Positions 46,888 to 60,600 of a DNA stretch of 64,000 nt are shown here, piece by piece. The stretch is taken from the NCBI GenBank assembly GCA_052327205.1, contig CM126207.1, forward strand, positions 43,462,001-43,526,000. Direction: 5' to 3'. Below the pieces are notes generated by a model. The model ran no database searches and was not told the DNA's origin. It saw only the letters and a program-made list of their open reading frames with translations. A program made the position numbers and the translations under genes. The stretch comes from Somniosus microcephalus. Its lineage: Eukaryota. Every line of letters begins with the position of its first letter. The first letter of the stretch is position 1.

Positions 46888-47245
46888 ATAATAACAACAG
46901 AAAATGCTGGAAATACTCAGCAGGCCAGGCAGCATCCGTGGAGAGAGAAACAGAGTTAACGTTTCAGGTCTGGGACCCTTCATCAGAACTGGAAAAAGCT
47001 GGAGATGTAACATATTAAGCAGGTGCAGAGACGGGGGGGGGGGGGGGGGGGGGGGGGTGGTTAGGAGGGGAGGAGGGAATTGAAAGAACATCCTGTACTT
47101 TTGTAAGAGGCAGGAAAGATAAAATGTTGCAAATGGGAGTGGCAAAAATCATACTGCATGAAAAATGGGGGCAGGGATAATTATCTGAAATTGTTGAACT
47201 CGATGTTGAGTCCGGCAGACTGTAAAGTGCCTAATTGAAAGACCT
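46888..47245 (-). mobile_element. Penelope-like element 3' fragment
   Basis: Minus strand LGTLQSAGLNIEFNNFR* (GIY-YIG end), followed by a 3' tail carrying a hammerhead motif. Confidence 0.82.
46954..46990 (-). ncRNA. Minimal hammerhead ribozyme motif
   Basis: agtt-CTGATGA-a-GGGTC cca GACCT-GAAA-cgtt-aact, with palindromic AACGTT. Confidence 0.72.
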
Positions 47246-48038
47246 TTCTATAGACATGATGTTTGATATAACCCAGGAACTACTTTGTGGGACAAGACAA
47301 ACAACTTTAGAATTACAGAATTACTGCATTCATCTTTTACTCTAGCCCTAATTAAATTCTTCTGTCCCACCTTAAGGCCTCTATCTTCCAAACATTTTTT
47401 CCAGAGAGGAATTCAGGAGTTTCCATTCATTACTTTTAACAATTGTTACAATCACTATTTGTGCAGTAGTCAGTGCTGACATGTGGTGCTCCACAATGCA
47501 GCCTGGCTGACAACTAAAAATGACCCAGCAGTGGCAAGTGGCCACCCATGAGGCAGTGATGATTGGAAATTGAATCCAGTGGTGTAGCTACCACAGTAAC
47601 TGGCCTATCCTAGTGTTCAAACTCTAATTTGGATGTAAGAATATAGTTAAAATAAGCAACAGCAACCCGTTTCAACTTCTACAGCACAGAAGTTCATCTG
47701 CGTAAAAAGAATTTCAGTTAAACTGCCTTGGTAAATTGAAACACGTGATCTAATAGATTTTCAAAAGTTAAATCAACGAATTACTGTTTGACTCTTAGGA
47801 AATCTCCCACAAGGAGTGAAAGATGAGAGTAGCTGGTAATCAGAAACTGTATTTAAAATTAATGCTCCCTTTAAACTGGATACTGACTTTTTGAAGTTAA
47901 TTGTGCACCCTGTGTTTATTGCGCATGAGTCTGAAACGGGACAAAGATGAAAGTAATTCTAAGTAAGTGTTGCATGCTGATTTTCTCGACTAATTTTTCT
48001 CTATCGTTTCTCTCCTGCACTCACTGAAACATTGGAAG

Positions 48039-48245
48039 GATGACCTTTGCTCTTCATCTGATGTGCTCCAAGCCAACCTCCTCAGCACTCAAAAGACGGT
48101 TGACATGCTACTGACTTTGGGAGCGAGCATAACCAGTCCTGTTCTCGCCCCTCTCTCTGGTGGCCAGCTTGCAGGCTTTGCTCTCTTTTACATCAATGTG
48201 ATGCTTCTGCTTTTTGCTCTGTACCATTGGGTCACTATGTTCTAA
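48039..48245 (+). CDS. LRCH3: LRCH3 alternative terminal exon 1, transmembrane tail (DDLCSSSDVLQ...LAGFALFYINVMLLLFALYHWVTMF*)
   Basis: Phase 0 after the gaag acceptor; resembles the recalled human isoform DNLCSPSDILQ...LLGFVAFYCTVML; ~20 hydrophobic residues at the end. Confidence 0.88.
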   Translation, partial: DDLCSSSDVLQANLLSTQKTVDMLLTLGASITSPVLAPLSGGQLAGFALFYINVMLLLFALYHWVTMF

Positions 48246-50319
48246 TTAGAAGAGAAAGTATGTGTAAGGGGAAGGAGAGAGAGAGAGAGAGACTGTGCAA
48301 AGGCTCTGTACTATCGGCCTTAGTTGAAAAAATTCCATAGAAAATGTTTCCAAGTACAGTCATGAGATTATTTTTAATAGAGATCTATGCTCAGACTCCT
48401 AATATTTTGGAACAGAAGCCATTCACAGTGCCTTTCATACCATTTCTCTTGACATTTAACAGATTTTGAAGTCAAGACCACTTTTTTTACTCATATTCAG
48501 TCCACTCGCAGACCCACTGTTTGACTGAAAAGTTCATGCATTCTTGGCTGACATTATAAGCTGTTCTTAGTAAAAAGCTCTTTAAGTGATTGCCATACCA
48601 TCAGAATCATTTTGTTACTATCTTGTTAATCAGATTAAAATATTCCCAAAATAACAAGGCTGGTATTTACACTTTTGTTGGGGCTAGTTCCAAGGGCAGG
48701 ACCTGTTGCCTGTTGGAAGATGGATCAAGCTGTTACTATTAACATTAGTGAACTTTCATCCCCCTTCTTCCTGGACTGTATCTGAGGTGGAAAGGCAGTG
48801 CATTAAAATACTGTACCTTCAAAAACAATTCCTTCGTTTTTGGTCTACCAAACACTGGTCTCTTTTGATTATGTTTAACAGCCTGTGATTGAATCCATTA
48901 TATTAATATCAAGTTGTTAATCCTGACCTTTCCGGTGTGGTTGAGTGGCTAGTGTAGAAGTTGGTGGTTGCAGAGGTATTGATTATCTTCATGTACTGTG
49001 AATCTATTCTGCACTTGTGAATGTGAAAAATTAAGTATACAATACATGTTGTGCCCCTGCCTTCACTGCATTACAGTATTACTACTGCATATATATTACT
49101 GTTAAACTACAACTGCTGGATAATTCAATTAAAAGCCATGGCAAGGATGGATAGTTTCAGTAGCAATAAGATAATCTTATTTTGTTTATTTTAGAGAACA
49201 GAATTGATTTTTTAAAAATCTGTGTTTAATTTTTTGTATATGTCAAGTGTAACCACCATCTATCTGCCTTTGGTCCTGCCCCCATAGTTATTGTTTCACC
49301 ACCTTTGAAAACTTATAAGCAAAAGCAGACTGTTGTGAACCAATTTCCGCCTGTTCTTGGGAAGTAAATGATATCCATATCATTCAACTTAATGTTGTAC
49401 AATAGAGAACATAATCAAAATTAATGGAGTAAAGATTGTCTCACGTGGGAACAGGCAAAGCCTTCTGCTACAGAATTCTTGTGTCTTGTAAATGGCAAAA
49501 CTCGCTCACTTTTCTCGGACAGGTACCTTACCTATCCAAATACATCATTGATACCATCATTTTATTGACATTTTTGATATCTTCTGATTTAAGCAGAAAA
49601 AAATTACCTCACTGATACAAAGTTGAACATCCTCCTTTTTCCTTTGCATTGAAACATTAAAGTTGAAGATATTTGATAATATCATAAATCTTGAAAAGAA
49701 AAACTTGCTTTTTACATAGTGACTTGTCACGCTAGATGTATAAACCAAATATTACTGCATCTTTAACTGTCGAGCACAACTTTTTTGTGTGAGTAGATGA
49801 ATTGCATAATCGACTTCCAACTAATTTTATTCGTTCATTCATTTATGCTCATTTAACAGGTTATTTTCTTGCACAGCAGTAAAGAAGGTATATGTTTTGC
49901 TAAATAAGCCTTCAAATGTTCACATGCAGTATTCAGAGCAGTGGACATTGTGCTAGAGTTAGTGGCCACTAGCATCTGCAAGTAATTTTATGGTGGCCAA
50001 AAATAAAGTTACAATATGAAAATAAATATTCCATCCATATTTATTTCCCTCATCCAAATCTATTTTCTGCACTTCTAAATCACAGCAAATACCCTTGCTC
50101 TGTACCAAAGATGAAACCCGTCTGTAACTTTTTGCTAAAAAAGCATGCATAAGAAATACTGCCATTGTGGTTTGTGTACCGCAATGTCCAATGATGTGAG
50201 GCAGTAATTATGAGAACTGAGTAAATGCCAAAAGGGACACAAGCCATTTTAATAAATAAATGCTTTTTCCTCCTTTTCTCCAAATTTTTCCCTTTGTATC
50301 CCCACCCCTGCTGTAGCTC

Positions 50320-50670
50320 ATGCTGGGGTATGGTTCCACTGGCAGCGCCCACCCTCTAGTGCCATGCCCAGATGGTTATTATTCCAGTGTGATCCTGGAC
50401 AGTGAGTGTCAGCAGGATATTCAAACATCACAGCTTGAAACAAGTCATTTTTGCACCCACTGTCTACATGCATCCATTTCCAGCAGGATAGAAATCAGGA
50501 GTGGGAATGTTGGGCTGATTTATTTTTCATTCTTAGCCCAATCTCTGAGACCAATTTTAGCAGCTCTATTGCTGTTTGACTGAGATTGGCTAATTCATTT
50601 CTAACGAGAGCTTAAACCTGGGACCTTCCTGGTCTGTACAACTCAGGACCACACCAGTCTATTTACCCAC
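50320..50670 (-). mobile_element. Old SINE-like repeat, antisense
   Basis: gacagtgagtgtcagcagg and atcaggagtgggaa...ggctgatt are reverse complements of family blocks. Confidence 0.55.
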
Positions 50671-52119
50671 TCAACCAGCAAAGGGCTCTTGTCAAATGTA
50701 GGTTTTAATAGTAAGTTAACACTATAGCCCCAGTAAAATCCTGTAACTTTGAAGAAACAGCAGACAATATTCTGTAAATAAATGTATCAACTTTCTGCAG
50801 AATTGAAAAATATTTAAAATTCAACTGATTCTGAGGTGTAACAGGGGCTCACTGAAGTGCATCAGTATGAGGATTAACTCAAGATTACTGTTGGTTTTAT
50901 GTAATATGGCAGGTGGGAATCTATAAACTGTTTAAATGACAGTTTTTAAAAATAAAGCTTTTTAATTTATGAAAACACAGTCTACTGACAAAACATAGGA
51001 GTTTATATATAGAAATTTCCTGACCGAAACATTGGCTTTCCAGTGAATGTTACAATTCAGATGGGTTTTTCATTTAACCGTGAGAAGATCACTACTGATA
51101 AAATATAAAACCAATTCATTTCTTTGTAGTGGTAAATTATAGATTCCTACTACATGTTCTTTGTCAATTTTTGTCTGAGGATTTTATTTTTCTAATTATT
51201 TATTGATTTTATTACATTACTGTACAGTATTTGTATAAAACCAAGATTGCTAGAAATGATTTAACCGTGCAGTAGTTTTTACATATTTTAACAGAGTCCA
51301 TCATTTTCCTTAACTGATGAGGAAAGGCATAAGTAATAAATTTGCAACTTGTCTCACGATGGATAACCTTGACAGTCTGGATCACTACTTGGTATTTTAG
51401 TCCAGGTCCTACTTGTTCTTGCTATTCAAAATTCTTTCTGTGTAATGCATTCTGAAGATAAGTCTGCAATGAATTAACATATCAATAATTGAGATCCTAT
51501 TTGCTGCCTTTTATTCATTTTAAATAGGAATTTTACACACAAATCACTATAGCACTACATTTAACATCTTGCAAGTGGGAAATAGAGTTTTCTAATTTTT
51601 TTAATCAAACCTAACCCAACATCTTTTTTAAAACTTTTATCTTCCCTCACATACATACAGCAAGTGTACAGCAGTACTTTTTTACTTCCATTGAAGTTGG
51701 GAATATAAATAGGCATCCAAAAATCACCTAGCCTAGAGCAAAATACAGTTTTATTGCTTTTTTGCACTTCCATCATCTGTCAGTCACATTGTGGGCACGG
51801 GTGCATGGAGATCTGCGTTAGGGGGTGAGGTTTAAAGTTTTGTTGGTGGGATTGGTTAGGGATAGACTCCTGAAGTTACCATTGGCAACTGCACCCCTGC
51901 CCCCCTCCCACTTTGTTGCTGCTCATCTCAATTCATTTGTATGCAAGCAGTTAGTGTTCACAAGTTAATTTTGATGTCTTATATTGTCATTTCGTTTTTC
52001 AGGTCTTCCATTTTCTAAGTTTGGTTTTATCTTTTCACATGTATGTCATTTGTTAATTTTGTTTTTCTCCCCTCTCTTCTTTTATTCCCCTCCCTTTCTC
52101 TTTTTTTCATTTTGTTTAG

Positions 52120-52227
52120 GATCGATTGTGCCTGCCCCTTCACATTCTAGAAGAGAAAGGACTGGCACAGGTAGCCGTGACTATAGAAACTCTGCTTGAG
52201 CTCGCCCCTACCAAACAGCACCATTAA
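52120..52227 (+). CDS. LRCH3: LRCH3 alternative terminal exon 2, soluble tail (DRLCLPLHILEEKGLAQVAVTIETLLELAPTKQHH*)
   Basis: Very long pyrimidine tract plus ttag, phase 0; LCLPLHILEEKGL is the canonical LRCH CH-domain end. Confidence 0.93.
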   Translation, partial: DRLCLPLHILEEKGLAQVAVTIETLLELAPTKQHH

Positions 52228-55200
52228 TCAACTGGCTAGAGACTGCAAGTGATGGGCACCTCACCCAAGAAACACTGTAACAGCACAATAGAATATGCTC
52301 CAAGTTGGTCTCCATGGTGATCACATTTATCACTCTCTTTAGCATCTGCATGATGACTTTCTGACTTGTCAGTTCTATCAGCCAGTTGCTAAACATGACT
52401 TTTTTGATCCCTCTATTCTGTTACTTTTCCAAAAAGGCAGCACTCCATTTGTTTTCCAACTTGGGTACCATGATCCGAATAGTTTTCATAGTGGCATTTA
52501 AAATGGTGATACATTGCACAGAGTAGACTTACTAACGGGCCTAGGAACTAGATCAAGAAATCTCCTGTCGTGACTCTAATCTAGTGAGTAGCTCGACTAT
52601 GCATTGGATTTCTAATTTGACATAGTTCAATGTTTGCCTGGTGGCCAGTAAGATATAATTTAGCTTGAATAGTACGAATTTGAGACGTAAATAGGAATAA
52701 GAAATTCACAATAAAGTTACACATAATACTCAGTATAATTTTACTTTGATTCCCAGACATAAATAGGAATAAGAAATTCACAAACAGCAGCAGAATCTCC
52801 TGAGGTGTGAGAAAAATATTCTTTTAACGTTGCCTATTCTCTGGTAGGAAATATTATGAGAAGTTGCACAAGTACATGAAAATCTAGTCTGCCGCTTTTT
52901 TTTCGTATAGGAATGGTATATTTCACCGGTAGCTGAACCCCACTGAATACTGTAAAGGTTCTTATAAGGGAATGTTACATGGTGTTTCTAGAAGATCATT
53001 TCTAGAAATTATGCACTGACTGTACTCTTAAATGGATCAGTACTTGTATGAATTGTTCCAGGTTTGGTTACAGGGTTTCCTTTGTCCTGGCTATATATTT
53101 TTAAGCACTGTTACATAGGTTTTCCTTTCTGTTGGCTTCATGTATGCATTTTTTTCACATCTACTGTAAATGGTTTAATTGTGCTTCTAGAATTTACATT
53201 TCATATTTGTTAGATTATGTTCATGCAGTATACATATGTATCTATTTATTCATAGCACACAAGTATGATAATACAACCACTAAATAACCCCTGGTTGCTC
53301 AGCTGTACTTGAGTAATGTAGTGAATAGCACTTTATCATGAAGTAGCATTGATAATGCTGTCAGTCAACTTTATGGCATCAGAAAGAAACGTAACTGTCT
53401 GCAGTGTAGGCTTTCTACATGAATTATAGTACCTTCCACTACATTTTTAATTTATGTGTCTACATTTTTATGAATAGTATAAACTGAATACAGTGAGAAA
53501 TAGTGGGATACAGAGTTCATGTCAGTTTTAAATGAGCACTTATCCATCCTTTTATGACTTAATTAGTTGTGGGTTATGACTTGAAAGGTGTCCTTGTGGA
53601 ATGAATTGTGTACCCACTGTTTCTCATGGTGTAATCTCTATTTAAACTTAAATGTACACTTGTAATAATTGTAAACCTAAAATGTTCAAACTTGCATATG
53701 ATTGAATTATTCTTGTAATCCACCTTTAAACAATTTGGATGCTAGCACCAAACTTTTGTTGTGATCTTTGCCAAAGTGATTTATTTTAACATTTCAATGT
53801 GTTTTTCTTTACTTTAAGCTTGGGATAGCTTTTAAGTGCAGCATAGGTAGCCAGCAGAAGGAAATTCAGTTTTTTAATTTATGACTTGAACAGATGGAGT
53901 TTTGCCTGCACTTTCCTTTTTCTATGTAAATACATTCCATGTGTTCTAGTTTTTATGTAAAACAGTTCACATTCCTCTTCGCGTACGGCTTTGTTTCAAA
54001 TTAATTTGTGTTTTTATTTTGTTATGCTGTATATGTTTTTATGATTTTGTTACCAAATGTTGATCACCTTGTTACTTGTGTTTTCATTTTTGTCATTTCA
54101 AGTCTACTAACCAATATCTGATTGATTGGTAGAAACCCGTTGAACTTTTTAAAAAGTTACTTTGATCTGAGGTGCAAATGGTCAGGACCAGGTTAAAATC
54201 TTTCACGTTGACTTTGACGTGAACTGAGCTGTACAAGCCCACTTCAGTTACAGTAGTTTTCACCAGCCATGTTTCTCCTCTTCAAAACCCGCTGAGCAGA
54301 AAAGTACATCATTCTTGTTCACAGATACTATCTGGAACAACTTGAATTATGCCTTACTGGGACAGTAGCCGTTTGTTTGTGGGCCTGATTCCAACTCGGA
54401 AACACAAACTTTAAAGCCAGACTCTGAGGTTAGATCATCTTTTCCAGATGTTTCTTTTTATTTGGTAGGGCGGGCAGGGGTAAGTAACAGAGTGAGGAGT
54501 AGAGTGACTTTTTTAAAATGAATCTTCGATTAGTAGTCCATCATAGAAAAGCATTATTTGGGCTCTATTCCCTGATTATGTTACAGTGAGGTGGGGGGGT
54601 GGGGTTAATTTTTGATGAGCAAATAGAATTTTGTCTGCCACATGTCAAAAGGATCCGCTGGATTGCAGCAGTTAGCGAGCAGTACTGAAGCAGCAACGTT
54701 GCAGCTGCTGAGTTACTTGTAGTACCCGCAACTAAATGACCATTAGCAAGTCGATCAAACTGATCTGTTTTCATGTGATTTATAACTGGCATTTTCAAAA
54801 TATACTTTTTTTCTGCTTTTGTTATACTTTTATTGTCTTTTGCTAAGGGAGCTACTTTCAACACAATTTTTGGAAATGGGCTATAGTTTTAAACCCTGAT
54901 ATGGCAAGTTTGGTGCTGTTTGTAATTGTGCTAAATTAGAGACCTGAATAACAGTAACAGGAAAATAAAAAGTGACAAATTACAACTCAAAATATAGAAG
55001 CAGCGGCAGAGTGGAGTTTGCTGCGCTCATCAAACCTGGCAGCCGTATTCAATGTACCAATAACGACTTAAGACCAGAATTCGCACCCTCTCAGTTCCAA
55101 GTAAAGCTCATCCTAAATTCAGATGGTGAATGGTACAAGATAGAATCTTGAGTTTGGGGAGCTCATTTTTATCATTCTTTTGGTCAAATTAAGTTGTAGG

Positions 55201-57424
55201 AACTGTTGATAGTACTCGTTTAATGAGGCATTTGTTTAATTTAACTTTACCATTCCAATACAGACGGTAACTTAAAAATCTCTTCTACGAAATCAACGAG
55301 TTTTCAGAAAACTAGTGCAAAAGTCATGTCTTGATCATCACTCATTTGAGCAAAACAAATAAAATCATATATGGGCTCAGATCTTGTCCCAACATTGTGA
55401 TCTTATCTATTTGTTATTCTGTATATTCACATACAAGCATGTCACTACATTAAAAACACATTCACGAAATGGTGATAATTTCACAAAAGAAGTTACTAGT
55501 AAGATTTTTTTGAAAATAAAGCTGTGGCAAATAGATTACTAAACAGTACTGTATCCAGATTAAGGGGTTTCAGGTCATCCTAGATACTGCATTATAGTTG
55601 AATGGATCAGATGAGAATTTCTTGAAGAACACTTCAGTTGTATTCTAGTTTCTAAGTAAATCTACCGTATCCTGTTGCTCGTGTCTACCCAAGAAACACA
55701 CACATAGAGTACTTTAAACATTTGAAGATGTTCTGATGTGCTTTTGCTGTATATTGATATATTTTCCACTGGTTCCAACCTCTAATTCGAAAATTGCATC
55801 CTGTAAAAATACAGTTTTCCAAATCTCCAAAATCTTTCTTGTAGGCCACTACGAGAAATAATTGGGAAATGTTAAGTGCCTAATTAACTTCTATTCAGCA
55901 GGAAAATTCATGTTTAGTCAACGAGAATTCACATTGACCTTTTGAAAATTGGTTTGGTTCAGGTTTGGAACCATTTTTGATACCAGGTTGGAAGCCTGTT
56001 CATACAATCTTTGAAGTGAACTGAGATGCATCAGGTTAAGTTGACTTACTTCACTGCTGTCAACCTTTTGAGCTGAAACAGATTGAAACTGACTCGTGGA
56101 AACAAAGTAATTTACAAGGAAGATAACTACTTCCGTAGCTACTTGGAACCAGTACTTAAAAGTCTGTGGTAAACATGCATGGGCAACTGTGTGTTAAGTA
56201 TAATTTTTGTTTGTCTTTCATTTGTACACTGTTGTAAATACATTTGGTATTGTAGTTGCTCAGTATGGTCATTTGTACACGGTATTGGACGTTATATGTG
56301 CACCATTTTCTCCTTTTAAAAATTATATAAATATTATAGTTCCTTTGCAGTGAGCAATTAGACCTGTTTCATATGTGTATGTTTTTACAGCTGGAGAGAG
56401 ACTGGATATGTATTGTGTTAAAACTGTTTTCTATGGTAGACTTGTACTGAAAACTTGGAGGCCTTGGCTTTGATTATATTGTGTAGATATTTGTCATGTA
56501 AAAAGAAAAGGCATGTTTGTCAACTCCAGCTTTGCTCTAACTGTCTCCTTTGTACATATGTATAACATACAGCATATGTTTATGAGGCTTTTGTGATGAA
56601 TAAACACTGTACATTGGAATTGGCCTGAAGATGTGCGTGTTTTACTGGGGGTTTTTCTCCTTCAGACAGTATCCTAGTCCTTGCCTCATTACAAACTATT
56701 AAATGCATATCCACTTGTTTTTGGAAATGTAAAATGCTTGCAAATGTAAGGACACTACTGTACTGTATTAGAAAAATCACTTAACACTGGCCCAGATTTA
56801 GCTGCGGACTAGTTGGATAGAATGAATATTTCCTCCCAGCGGCTTTATTGGGATCCAGAATTGGCTTTTGTAATTTACTTCCTATTGAACATCAATCTAT
56901 AACTTAAAACTGCAGATGCAGACAATGAAAAACCTTTTAAGAGTTGACTCCTTAAAATATGATTTATTAATTTAAATAAAAATGAAAAGGTACAAACATT
57001 GATCAACTATTCGCTATAAAATGTTGCATTTGGCTTTGAAAAGAGCAGAGGTAAGGATGGTCAGTACAATTCCTTGGAAACAAATTTTAGAAACCGCTAA
57101 TTCTAAATAAGACTTTTGAGAAGATTTTTTTAATGCATTTATGTGTCCTTTATGACCTCACAGTGGTTCTCAAACCCCTTGGGGTCCGTAGAGACTTTCC
57201 ACGGGGCCTGCGATAAAATGTGAAAGTGCTTACTGAGCACTTCTATTGAATAGAAACGCAGCACGTGTGTGTTGTAAACATTCCTTGCAGGTGCAGAGCA
57301 TGCAGACTGAAGCTATAAACTCCATCAGTAAGCTCATAACAATGGGCGAAAGGTTATTGACCAATGGATCCATCCGTCAGAAGACAATGTCAATGGAAAT
57401 TCGATTCCCGACACTCCTTAATTG

Positions 57425-57610
57425 CTACAACAAAAACGTTGCAAACACTCAGCAGGTCGAGGTGCATCTGCGGAAGAACAAGCAAGCTGCTTCGGGTATG
57501 GGCCCTTACTCAGCCAGTTTATACTCTCCACAGATGCTGCCTGACACATCAAGTGTTTTCATGTTTCTAATTTCAGATTTCCAGCATCAGTATTTTGCTT
57601 TTTGTTTACT
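57425..57610. repeat. Degenerate palindromic Penelope-tail-derived repeat
   Basis: aacactcagcaggtc...gcatctg and ccacagatgctgcctga...atttcagatttccagc; same family as 46888 and 61710. Confidence 0.55.
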
Positions 57611-60600
57611 TTATTTGCTGCACCAGACAGGATTTGCTTTTGAGTTCCTTTTACCATCTGGTCTTGTTGATGGTGTGTGAATAGATTATACTATTCGCAT
57701 TTGATAACCAGTTATAATGCAGGTTTAGAATCCAACAAGTGCCCAGTCTGCAGCTTCTATCTTAAAAACCTTGTGTAAGAAGTGGACTTCCTGCCCATGA
57801 ACCTTGTTCTTAAGATTTTTGATGAACATAGCAATTTACAATGTCAACATTTTTCATTCAATTTTGTTATGGCAATTGTCACGATGTAGTTGCAGGCTCT
57901 TGCCAGTGGGTGGCTCTGTGGCATGAGTTTCTGAAGCATCTCTCTCCACTCTTATCGCCATCTTGTGTAAATGTAAAAAAACTATTCAATGCTGCAGGCA
58001 ACTTACTGATGATATATACTTGTGTATGAGAATTGATTGAAAACTAATAGGTGACCCTACAGCAGCCACTAAAGCAAAATGGGGTAATGATGCATATTAA
58101 ACCATGTTAATTAACTGTAGAATTGCTGACCATGGGTTGGCTGAAATTCCAACTTGCCTGCCATTAGGTGAGTTTTTTTTTACAGCTCTAAAGAGGAAAA
58201 CCTAGGAGCGTTGCATGGAGGAGCACGGAGAGTGGCACAAAGATCGCCAGGTAGACCCGCAGTTACCAAGATTGGTGGTGGGCCTATTTAGATGGACGGG
58301 TTTGTGATTACTAATCCATGTGAAAAGGAGTCCTTCAACCAAAGTATGAGAACCACTGACCTACCATACTGCTCCAGGGAGGAAAGTGACATTCTGTTGT
58401 GTCCACTATACACTTATCCAAAATAATATGTATTTTGAGGGAAAGAAACTGATCAAATGCATCCAACAGTGTCCATCTGGATAAAGGCAAGTTTTCCTTA
58501 CAAGTGCCACTGCAAAATCTGTATTTGACTAAAACATCTTCACAGGTTTGTTTCATTTTTTTACCCCAGTTTCTGCTATTACAGATGTTTATGTCCTTTT
58601 CATTATCCCTGATTTTCCTCCTTCCCATTGCTCTTCTGACAGACATGCATCTTTATACAGACCTTTTAACCTGGAAGAATGGGCTGATGAACAGGACTTT
58701 TTAACAAAGCTCAATTATGATTGTTTCTACCTTATTTTGAAAATGAGATAGTGTTTTATAAATAACTGATGGTGATGAAATTACATGTAAATCCTGAACA
58801 CCATGCTGTGGACCACCTTAATCTGACAACGTAGATTCAAAAGATTTCAATACACAACTTGAATTTTTGTCTGTTGATTTGATTGAATAGTTTTTGATTT
58901 ATATAATGAATTGATAACTAAATTTTCACACATCAGCTTATTGATTAAATTGTAGCTAGGACTATCTGTAACTTAAGTAGCCAGTCAACGTTGATGGTTT
59001 GGTTGCACTAGATCCATTTTTGAAAGGAACGGAGAGTCTGATGGAAGTCCCTGCTGAAATTCTAATTTATTTCTAACCTGTATAGATATCAAATAGTTAA
59101 GTGATTCAATTTTGGCTTCCTTGACTGTGCTTAACCAGACCAATCCTGCTATACAGAAATAGACTTCGGGAGTGGAATTCCATCTGATAATAATTGTAGT
59201 TAGAATGTCTGCGTGAGTGACCTCTGCTGGAAAGTACATGTGCAGTCAGTGCATGAGAACAGAATTGGACTCGGTTGCCAGTATCATGGGCTGCTGACAG
59301 TCACTGGGCTCATACATTAAAGTGGTCACTTAGGCAAAGTACCAGAAGGCAGCTGTCGGGGAAACTACCCCAGGAACAGCCAGCATCTTCAGGAGAGGAA
59401 GAAAATTGTGGGGGGGGGCCGCGGGGAGAGGGATTAAAATGCTATGAAACCAGTCAAACTACCAGCATTATGACACTAAAAAGTATATTTTGTTACTTTG
59501 CCAGGCTGAAGAATGTAATAGTTTAACATTTATTATGATTAGAACTTTTTTTTTAATTGCAACTTTATTCAGTCAATACAACTTAACGCTGTAAAATTGG
59601 CTTTTTCAATTGGTCTGTATTGTCCAGTAATAACCTTCCATTTTGACACAAAAGAAATCATTTGATTGATGCTGAAAATGTGTAGAATGAAGTAGCTTCA
59701 TTTCTTCTTATTGGCCTCCTTTCCTTTCCCTTTCCCTTTTCCTTTGCCTCCTCCACCTCCTTTCTTTTTCATGTACTTGTAGATTCCAATTCCTCTGCGA
59801 ACCATGACTCCTCGCCACCATGATTGGAGCTGTGAGAGGAAAAAGATGGTGTTTCATACAAGGGAAAATCTAGGGATTTCTGTAGCAGTGTCAGATCGCA
59901 ATATAGATTAAAAACAAGGTACTTGACTCTGATTTCTTCCCCACTAATAATTGTACACCAGGAACCCAAAACTTTCTTGATACATTACTGATCATGGTAC
60001 CCTATAACTGGAGGCTCATAGGAATGCTTCAATGATCTATACTTTTGATCTATCAAAGGCAAAATGCATATTACATATTTCCATAAAGTTACTCTAAAGA
60101 TCATAACTTTGTGTATGTAAATGCCCAATATTGTCCAACTACAAACCTATAGTACTGTGTGGTGGATGAATTAAAATATATCAACTTGATTGAACTTTTT
60201 TTAGTACAGAAATATGTTCTGAAAATGTACTAACGTGTGGTCTTTTGATGTGAGTTACCATTTCCAAGACTGATTAGGAGCACTGCTAAAGGATTTCTCA
60301 ATTCCTGGTCTAATGCGATCATCATCCCATTAACTATTCAGTGGGGAAATAAGTCAACACTTGTGTAAACTTAACCAGAACAATACTATTTAAATAATCC
60401 CAAAATTGAGGATCCCATCTATAGCAATTTATATTTTAAAAAGTCGTCATGTTCCAACTACTGAAAACTAATCAAGAATAGCAGAGCCTATTTTCAATAG
60501 CAAATATTTGACAAAAGTTAAACGCAGCAATTAAACTTCTAGGAAAAGCTAGGTGGTTCACTGTGCCTATGGTGTCACTTTGTGTTTCATTGTACTCTAT

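Noticed and set aside
47033-47058. Long G homopolymer (also a C run at ~11765-11790)
   Set aside because: Simple sequence within repeat relics; lengths are unreliable in assemblies.
57160-57215. cagtggttctcaaac start resembling a hAT/Charlie terminal repeat
   Set aside because: No matching second terminus or TSD could be found.
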